A stretch of 64,000 nt of DNA from Dictyostelium discoideum (taxonomy: Eukaryota), in NCBI GenBank assembly GCA_000004695.1, contig CM000151.3:1408001-1472000 (forward strand), given 5' to 3'. Each line of letters begins with the position of its first letter. The first letter of the stretch is position 1. The translations under genes were made by a program, and so were the position numbers. The notes under the pieces are model-generated. The model did not search any database. It saw only the letters and a list, made by a program, of their open reading frames with translations, and was not told where the DNA came from. This document shows, piece after piece, positions 57,351 through 64,000 of the stretch.

Positions 57351-57424
57351 TGCCTCAGGCCGGGATCGAACCAGCGACCTTAAGATCTTCAGTCTCACGC
57401 TCGTACCAACTGAGCTACTAAGGC
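57351..57424 (-). tRNA. tRNA-Phe (anticodon GAA), 74 nt, followed by a T7 Pol III terminator.
   Basis: The reverse complement is GCCTTAGTAGCTCAGTTGGTACGAGCGTGAGACTGAAGATCTTAAGGTCGCTGGTTCGATCCCGGCCTGAGGCA. It has a 7-bp acceptor stem (GCCTTAG/CTGAGGC, one G-U), a D arm GCTC-AGTTGGTA-GAGC, an anticodon stem TGAGA/TCTTA with loop CTGAAGA (anticodon GAA), a T arm GCTGG-TTCGATC-CCGGC and discriminator A. A-box and B-box consensus are intact. TTTTTTT follows immediately on the - strand (57343-57349). Confidence 0.88.
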
Positions 57425-57483
57425 TTTTATGAAATTTCTGTTTTTTATAGCAGTATAAATATTATAAAACGGAAAAAAAACAA

Positions 57484-57757
57484 ATCTCTTTTTTTGATTA
57501 TTTCATTTTTCATATAAAAAAGACTTAAAAAACAAATAAATAAATAAATAAACTATCTTAAAAAGCCATCTTTTTACTTTATTGTAATTTATTATTTGTT
57601 TCGTTTTGAGAATTTTGCGTAGCAAAATTTTCAAAAAAAAGCAAAAAATAATCAGATCGAAAAAAAACAAACAACAACAACAATCTCTTTTTTTGATTAT
57701 TTCATTTTTCATATAAAAAAGACTTAAAAAACAAATAAATAAATAAATAAACTATCT
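57484..57757. repeat. Near-identical ~75-bp direct repeat, two copies 200 bp apart, starting ~60 bp upstream of the tRNA-Phe 5' end.
   Basis: 57484-57559 and 57684-57757 both read ATCTCTTTTTTTGATTATTTCATTTTTCATATAAAAAAGACTTAAAAAACAAATAAATAAATAAATAAACTATCTT. Confidence 0.8.
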
Positions 57758-57810
57758 TGGACAAAAAAGATGTTTTAATCAAAAGTAATAATACAATTCA
57801 AAATTCGAAA

Positions 57811-57851
<41 letters not shown>

Positions 57852-57894
57852 TAAACCAACCCCTCTTTTAGAGACCCTGTAAAAAAAAAAAAAT

Positions 57895-58150
57895 AAAATA
57901 AAATAAAATGAGATCTAGCATCTCAAGGAGAAGCAAATAATAATTGCGTTATCCAATTCAAAAAAAAAAAAAAAATATTATAAAACTCTTAGACCATGTA
58001 AAAAAAACTAAAAATAAAATGAGATCTAACATCTCAAGGAGAAGCAACTAATAATTGCGTTATCCAATTCAAAAAAAAAAAAAAATATTATAAAATATTT
58101 TCAAAGAGAAGCAACTAATAAATGCGTTATCCAATTCAAAAAAAAAATAT
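57895..58150. repeat. Tandem repeat, about 2.4 copies of a ~113-bp unit.
   Basis: The unit AAAATAAAATGAGATCTAGCATCTCAAGGAGAAGCAAATAATAATTGCGTTATCCAATTCAAAAAAAAAAAAAAAATATTATAAAAC recurs at 57903, 58016 and (partially) 58100 with a few substitutions. Confidence 0.8.
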
Positions 58151-59055
58151 TGACAATCAAAAATGTCGAATTTTCCCTTTTGATGGTTTTCTGTAGATAA
58201 TAACCCAAAAATGGTCATTACTTTTATTGAAGCTATAGTCGTTCGTTACAATAATAAAAATTAGTATTATTTTAATTATTCACTTTTAGCAGATTATGTC
58301 AACTCATTTAATAAAATATAAAATGTAAATTAAAATATTATTATCAGTTTTTTTTTTTGGATTTTACTATTTAATAATAAATAAATCTTATTTGTTTTTT
58401 CAATTCTATGTATATTCAATCAATTTAATTTAATTATAAAATATAAAGAGAATTGAAAAATTAAATAATTTAAGATTAAATAGATCACTTTTGTTAAATT
58501 TACTTTTGTTCCATTTGCTTTACTTTTATTTTCTTTTTTTTACATAGACTACTTTTGTAACACAGTTATAAATTATGTATCGAAAGAATTCTTTGTAATG
58601 AAAGTAAATGTATCTAAATTAAATGTAACAAAGTATATGTAACGAAAGTGTTCTATTGTAATCCAATCGAAAGTAATAATTATTCTTTCTTTACTTCTTT
58701 TATTGATAGTGTAGAGTTATAGATATTAAAAAAAAAAAAAAAACAAAGTTGCATTAGAATACACAAAATGCATTAATGAAATATTCCAAGAAAAAAAAAA
58801 AAATATTCCTGAAATAAAAAAACGGCAAGTTTGAAAAAGGATAAGGAAATTTTCTTTTTTTTTTTGTTCTAAAGTACACTTTTTTATTTTTTTTTTTATT
58901 TTTTTTTTTAATTATCAGATTGATAAATTATAAATTTTGTAAATTTGATTTGAACTATAATGAATAAATTATTGTGAAGAAAAAAAAAAAGGGAAATAAA
59001 AATGGAAAAAAAAAAAAGTATAAAAAAAAAAATTTTGAAAAAAACTCTTTTTCTT

Positions 59056-60117
59056 TTAAAGTAAACCAAGTTGTTTGATATATTGGAATTGCTCAGGAAT
59101 TTCTTGAAGAGCGGCAACTGCAAAATCAACTTCTCTATTTTCAGCTTTTGCCATTGTTGTGTGGAATGGTACAAATTGGAAATTATCAAATTGTCTTTCT
59201 GGTAAATCATCATCAAATTTCTCCCTATTTAATAATAAATAAATAAATAAATAAATAAGAGTTAGTGAAAAACAAAGATATACAATTAATAGTTTTCTTT
59301 TTTTAAAAAAAAAAACTTACATTGTATCCCAAGGACCATCACCAACACCAATACAAATGATTGAAATTGGATATTTTGAAGCTTCTTCAATAGCTTTAAT
59401 GGTTTCATTTACAACGGATACTTCACCATCAGCAATGATTACTAAAATATGATATGCCTTTGCTGCAGCGGTAATATTTATTGTTTCTCTAATGATTGGC
59501 GCAAATGAAGTTGGACCTGATAGAGAAACCAATGGAGTGATTTCATTATATTTTTGTAAAACTTCATTGAAACCAAAACAAGGTCTTTCGGTTGTAAAAG
59601 AGAATACACTCTTATCGGTAGTTCTTGAATCACCAAAACCATAGGTTGGTAATAAATTATCATCATCAAATACTGATAATGTTTTGCCAATAATTTCAAT
59701 TGCTTCTTGGTATGGATTTAACATACCTGGTTGAATATCATGTAAACATTTACCTCCAAATGTTTTTTTACCATTCCATGTATTACTTTTTGTCTAAATT
59801 TTTTCAAAATAAATAAAATAAAATCAATTGAATAATTAATAATCTATTATTATTATTATTATCTATTATTATTATTATTATTATTTTTATTGCACCCTAC
59901 TTACATAATCAATTCCAATGATTAAATTTGATGATTCTAAACCAGCAGTACGTAAAGCATCTTGTACTTCTTGTAAGGATTGGAATTTATCTTTAATTGG
60001 TTGGAATTTAACTTTATTTTCTAATGGTTTCTTACCGTTGTAGCCACCTCCGCCACCACTTCCACCACCACCACCATGTCCCATTGTTCCTTGATGTTTT
60101 GATCCTCCGCAACCCAT
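59056..60117 (-). CDS. Copine-like von Willebrand A (copine A-domain) protein with an N-terminal myristoylation motif, 3 exons: 60117..59905, 59793..59321, 59224..59056 (284 aa).
   Basis: MGCGGSKHQG... begins with the MGxxxS motif. Exon 2, TKSNTWNGKKTFGGKCLHDIQPGMLNPYQEAIEIIGKTLSVFDDDNLLPTYGFGD...YHILVIIADGEV...PISIICIGVGDGPWDTM, is the copine/RGLG-type vWA core. Exon 3, EKFDDDLPERQFDNFQFVPF...EVDFAVAALQEIPEQFQ, is the conserved copine C-terminal segment. Donors are GTAAGT at both junctions, phases 0 and 2. No C2 or RING domain is present. Confidence 0.8.
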
Positions 60118-60169
60118 TTATTTATTTATATGTGTAAGTGTTTTAAAAGAGAATAAAAAAATAATATTT

Positions 60170-60209
<40 letters not shown>

Positions 60210-61032
60210 TATGATACTGTGAGAAATAATAATTTTTGAAATAAAGAAATTATTATTGTTATTATTTTATTAGAAATAAAAAATTTTGTTTTTTTTTTTT
60301 TTTTGTGTTTTTGTAATTATTAAGTATTCGTTGTTAATATTAATTTGAATTGAATTGAAAAAAAAAAAAAATTTAAAAATAAACAAACCCTTTTAAATTT
60401 TAATTTAGCTACCACAACGGAAAAAAAAAAAAAAAAAAAAAAAATTAAAATAAAATAAATTCAAAAAATTAAAAAATAAAAAAAAAAAAAAAAAAAAAAA
60501 TAAATAAAATTTCAAAGAATAGACGAAGTGTTTTTTTGAGTGTTAAACTGGTTATTAATTATCATGATTGTTTTTGTTAAAATAATTAGAATAATATTTA
60601 AGTATGAGCGACATAGTGGAATTCATATGGTAGTTCTGATGGGGAAACAAGAGAAAAAAAACAGAATGATTATTAAAAAAAAATAAAAAAAATAAAAAAA
60701 AATAAAAAAAATAAAATATCTTTTTTATAATTTTATACTCAACAAAAAAATTATTAATAAAATAAAATAACAAAAAAAAAAAAAAAAAAAAAATATAATA
60801 ACTGCAATTAATTTCTTTATACTTGATTAAATTTGTAGAGTGTTTATATTTTTATTTTTATTTTTAATTTTTTTTTTTTTAAAATACATATTTAAAAATA
60901 ATAATAATAATAATAATTCACACCCCCAAAATATATATTTTTTTTTTTATTTTTTTTTTTTTTTTTTTTTTTTTTGGATAGGGATAAATCTTATTTTTAT
61001 TTTTTTATTATTATTATTATTAATATGAAGAT

Positions 61033-61782
61033 ATGAATAAAATTTATTTTTGTACAAGTATTTTCAAAATATTATTAAGTTTAATAGTTTTGGGAATTTT
61101 TATTACCCTAATTAATATAGATAGCAATAATGAAATTTTAATTATAACAACAAAAACATATACACATTCAATTGATATAAATGGTAGTGAAATTGGAAAT
61201 AGAGATTATAAAGAAATAAAATACCATATATCATTAAAACATACAGATATTATAATTAAAGAAAATAATAATGATAATTATAATAATAATAAAAATATTG
61301 AAATAATAAAAATAAATAGATATTTATATAAAAATGAAATTAATAAAGAAAATTATTTAGAAATTAGTAATCATTTTTCAAAGATTGAAAATTTATTATA
61401 CTCTTTTTTAATATTTATATTTACAGAATTTATAATAATTTTAATATTATTTTTAATACCAATAAAATCAAAAATGAAAAATCAACCAAAAATTATATAT
61501 AAAATAAAAATAATAATTTATACATTTTTAATTATACTTTTCTTACCTTTATTTATTATAATGATGGATTTAGTATCAAAAGATCTTAAACAAATTTTAT
61601 TATCAATACCAATTTTAAAACCAATTTGTTTAGATTCAAAAAGCAATGAAATTGGATTTTGTAAAGAATATTATTTAGGAATTTATAAAATTGAAAATGA
61701 AACTTTAAAAGAATATGATTCAATTAATAAAAATTTAAAAACTGGTTTTGTATGTTATTTATTATTTTTTTTTTTCTAAACA

Positions 61783-61821
<39 letters not shown>

Positions 61822-61989
61822 GAAAATATATATAATCATGTCAATTTATTTATTAATTTTTTAAAATTTATAGGAGTCCTATGAATGGGAAAATGGGCCA
61901 TTATATGAAAAGTTAATATCCATTTTAATTCAAGTTATAATATTATATATAGCAATAGTATCTTTAATAGTTTTCGAATATGGAAATAA
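61033..61989 (+). CDS. Hypothetical multi-pass membrane protein, 2 exons: 61033..61749 and 61873..61989. It is a tandem paralog of the next gene.
   Basis: An N-terminal signal-anchor (FKILLSLIVLGIFITLI) is followed by ITTKTYTHSIDING, later TM helices and CLDSKSNEIGFCKEYY. The GTATGT donor and TTTATAG acceptor join it to ESYEWENGPLYEKLISILIQVIILYIAIVSLIVFEYWK*. The motif order parallels the ORF at 62684. Confidence 0.5.
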
Positions 61990-62683
61990 AAGAATTAAAA
62001 AATCCAATAACCCATACACTTTTAGAAATTAAATAAATAATAATTGATATTATTTTTTTTATTATAATAGTAATTTGTTTTCGGAGTCAAAAAAAAAAAA
62101 AGAATTTATAAATAAAAACCTCTAAAATCTTTATTTAAGAGAATAAGTAAATAAAAGGTGAAAATACAAAAAAAAAAAAAAAACAAAACACCCCTCTCAC
62201 CCCCTCCCACACCCCACAATTTTCGAAACTAATAAAACACGTTTATTTTTTTATTACCACCAGATGTATTTATTTTATATTTTTTTATATTATTTTTTTC
62301 ATTATAATAAATGGTTATTGTTAATTATTATTATTATTATTTTTATTTCATATTTTTTAAGTTTAAAAAAAGAATTTTTTTTTTTTTAAAAAAAAAAATA
62401 CTTTAGTTTTAAATTTTAAAACTTAAAAATTTTTTGTTATACATAATAGTATGGGAATTTAAAATCCTGAACTAATTTTTTTTTTTTTAATAGATAAAAG
62501 AAGGAAAAAAAAAAAAGTGATATCATAAACAATTTTTTTTCAAAAGTCTTTTTTTATTCAATTATGTTAAAATACCAAAATTTAAAAATAAATTTTTAAT
62601 TTGTATAAAAATAAAAAATAAAAAAATGGAAAATAAAAAAGGAATAATTTCCAAGATTAATTGTTGCCTACTTTTATTAATCT

Positions 62684-63898
62684 ATGTTGGGAGCATTTAT
62701 TAATATTCAACCAAATAGATTAATTGAAATTCATACAAAGACCTATAAATTTATAAATAATACAAATAATACAAATAATAATAATAATAATAAAACAACT
62801 CATTATAAATTTGAGTTTTCATTTCAACATTTGGATATAATCGATAAAACTAACCCAAATTTAGAAAATAATACATATAATATTGATAGAATAATATATA
62901 AACCTGAAACTGCCTTATATAATTTTTTTAACTATTTCAAATTTTATTATAAAATCTTTATTTCCTTTACAATCACACTTTTTGTTTCAATAATTTTTTC
63001 ATTCTTTTTACCAAATTCCTCAACTTTAAATTTTAATTCAAATAATAATAATAATAATAATATTCAAAAACAACAAAATTCAAGAGAATTAAATGAATTT
63101 TCAATTAATTATAATGATAATAAATTAAATTATAAATTAATAATTTATTTTATAATTATTTTAAATTTTATACCAATTTTAGTATCAATGATATTAATGA
63201 TTTGTTTAGATTTTAAAAAAGCATTAATTTCAGATGTTAATTATTATGAAATTTTAAAAATCCTTTGTATTGATGATAATGGTTCAAGATTTGGGTATTG
63301 TTCAAATTCTAATTTCATAACACAAGATATAATTAAAAGATCAATTTCAAATGAAATTTTAAAACAACATACAATTAATATTGATTCAATTACATATCAA
63401 CATGATTCATTCTGGTGGAGAGATTCTTCAACATTTATTAGAATTACAATTTCATTTATCTTAGTTATTATATTATTATCTGGTTTAATAATTACAATTT
63501 ATACAAATTTAATTGACGATTTAAAAAATCAATATAAAATCAATGAATTATTAAAATTAAAAAATAATCAAAATAAAAGTGATGATAGTAATAATAATAA
63601 TAATCAAGCAAATTCAATTGAAATGAAAGATTTTAATAAAACTATTGAAATTTCAAAAAAACAATCGACTCCAAATTCACCTTCAACTCCATTTGGTAAA
63701 CAATCAATTTATCCATCACTTTCATCAATGGGTTCATTTGATCAAAGTTATTCAAGTGGTTGTGGAAGTAGTGCCAGTGGTAATAGTAGTAGTAAAAATA
63801 TTGCCACATGTAGTAACAATTCAATTCAATCATTGATTAGTGACCATTCCCAGTCACAATTACCTACTTCACCAAACACTTCAACCTCTTCTATATAG
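62684..63898 (+). CDS. Hypothetical membrane protein (404 aa ORF), paralog of 61033..61989 with a Ser/Thr/Asn-rich C-terminal tail. A probable N-terminal signal-anchor is encoded out of frame at 62626..62691.
   Basis: IEIHTKTYKF...CIDDNGSRFGYCSNSNF...DSFWWRDSSTFIRITISFILVIILLSGLIITIY parallels ITTKTYTH...CLDSKSNEIGFCKEYY...ESYEWENGPLYEKLISILIQVIILYIAIVSL in the upstream gene. The upstream ATG at 62626 encodes MENKKGIISKINCCLLLLIYVG in frame +1 relative to the main ORF. Confidence 0.5.
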   Translation: MLGAFINIQPNRLIEIHTKTYKFINNTNNTNNNNNNKTTHYKFEFSFQHLDIIDKTNPNLENNTYNIDRIIYKPETALYNFFNYFKFYYKIFISFTITLFVSIIFSFFLPNSSTLNFNSNNNNNNNIQKQQNSRELNEFSINYNDNKLNYKLIIYFIIILNFIPILVSMILMICLDFKKALISDVNYYEILKILCIDDNGSRFGYCSNSNFITQDIIKRSISNEILKQHTINIDSITYQHDSFWWRDSSTFIRITISFILVIILLSGLIITIYTNLIDDLKNQYKINELLKLKNNQNKSDDSNNNNNQANSIEMKDFNKTIEISKKQSTPNSPSTPFGKQSIYPSLSSMGSFDQSYSSGCGSSASGNSSSKNIATCSNNSIQSLISDHSQSQLPTSPNTSTSSI

Positions 63899-63916
63899 TA
63901 GTAATAATTAAGGAAT

Positions 63917-63952
<36 letters not shown>

Positions 63953-64000
63953 TATGTGTGAAATAAAATTGATTTTTTTTTTTATTATTTAGTTTTTTTT

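Noticed and set aside
58908-59216. ORF MMMIYQKDNLII... on the minus strand.
   Set aside because: It overlaps exon 3 of the copine-like gene in a different frame and runs through poly-A/T. It is spurious.

Overview
This window reads as Dictyostelium discoideum-type nuclear DNA: about 75-80% AT, long poly(A)/poly(T) intergenic tracts, (AAT)n tracts translating to poly-Asn/Gln, and short AT-rich introns with GTAAGT/GTATGT donors and (T)nAG acceptors. Several entries in the ORF track are internal exons, and at least one (28728) opens on TTG rather than ATG.

Genes I can support from the sequence alone:
- The 3' end of a RecQ-family helicase (1-869, +).
- A 6-exon CYRI/FAM49 homolog with an N-terminal MGQLLS myristoylation motif (1267-3283, -).
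- An MFSD8/CLN7-like MFS transporter (4468-5964, +).
- An F-box/Kelch protein (7836-9310, +).
- A Q/N-rich coiled-coil protein containing a (PQ)n repeat (9426-11447, -).
- A sphingosine-1-phosphate-phosphatase-like PAP2 enzyme (13226-14709, +).
- A large multi-exon membrane protein of unknown family (15311-18583, +).
- The PP4 catalytic subunit in 3 exons (18809-20030, -).
- Two low-complexity poly-N/acidic proteins (21331-22335 and 23432-24313, +).
- NDUFA5 (26465-26818, +).
- A 3-exon secreted cysteine-rich protein with a GPI-signal-like C-terminus (27063-29153, -).
- An atypical E2F-like protein with two E2F-type winged-helix domains (34939-37914, +).
- A small two-exon protein (40627-40897, +).
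- NDUFA9 (41219-42573, -).
- The class-V-like myosin MyoJ, whose 3-exon model sums to exactly 2245 aa (44059-51004, +).
- A copine-like vWA protein (59056-60117, -).
- Two tandem paralogous membrane-protein genes (61033-61989 and 62626-63898, +).

Mobile and RNA features:
- A frameshift-riddled TRE3-like non-LTR retrotransposon (ORF1, APE endonuclease, RT, C-terminal Cys motif; about 51991-57230, -) lies about 120 bp downstream of a tRNA-Phe(GAA) gene (57351-57424, -). The tRNA has an external B box and a T7 terminator.
- Additional repeat modules flank this locus on both sides.

Other notable observations:
- A 5.8-kb ORF-free stretch with GC-richer islands and palindromes (29154-34938).
- A candidate small RNA behind a DUSE-like motif, ACCCATAA (about 43471-43600).
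- A CAE-like C-rich element (62188-62219).
- An unusually long, GC-richer intron in the CYRI gene (2345-2751).
- A C12 homopolymer (25951-25962).
- An apparent 1-bp frameshift separating the N-terminal signal-anchor from the body of the second membrane-protein paralog (near 62692).

No prokaryotic-style operon or defence system is present. This is eukaryotic chromosomal sequence.
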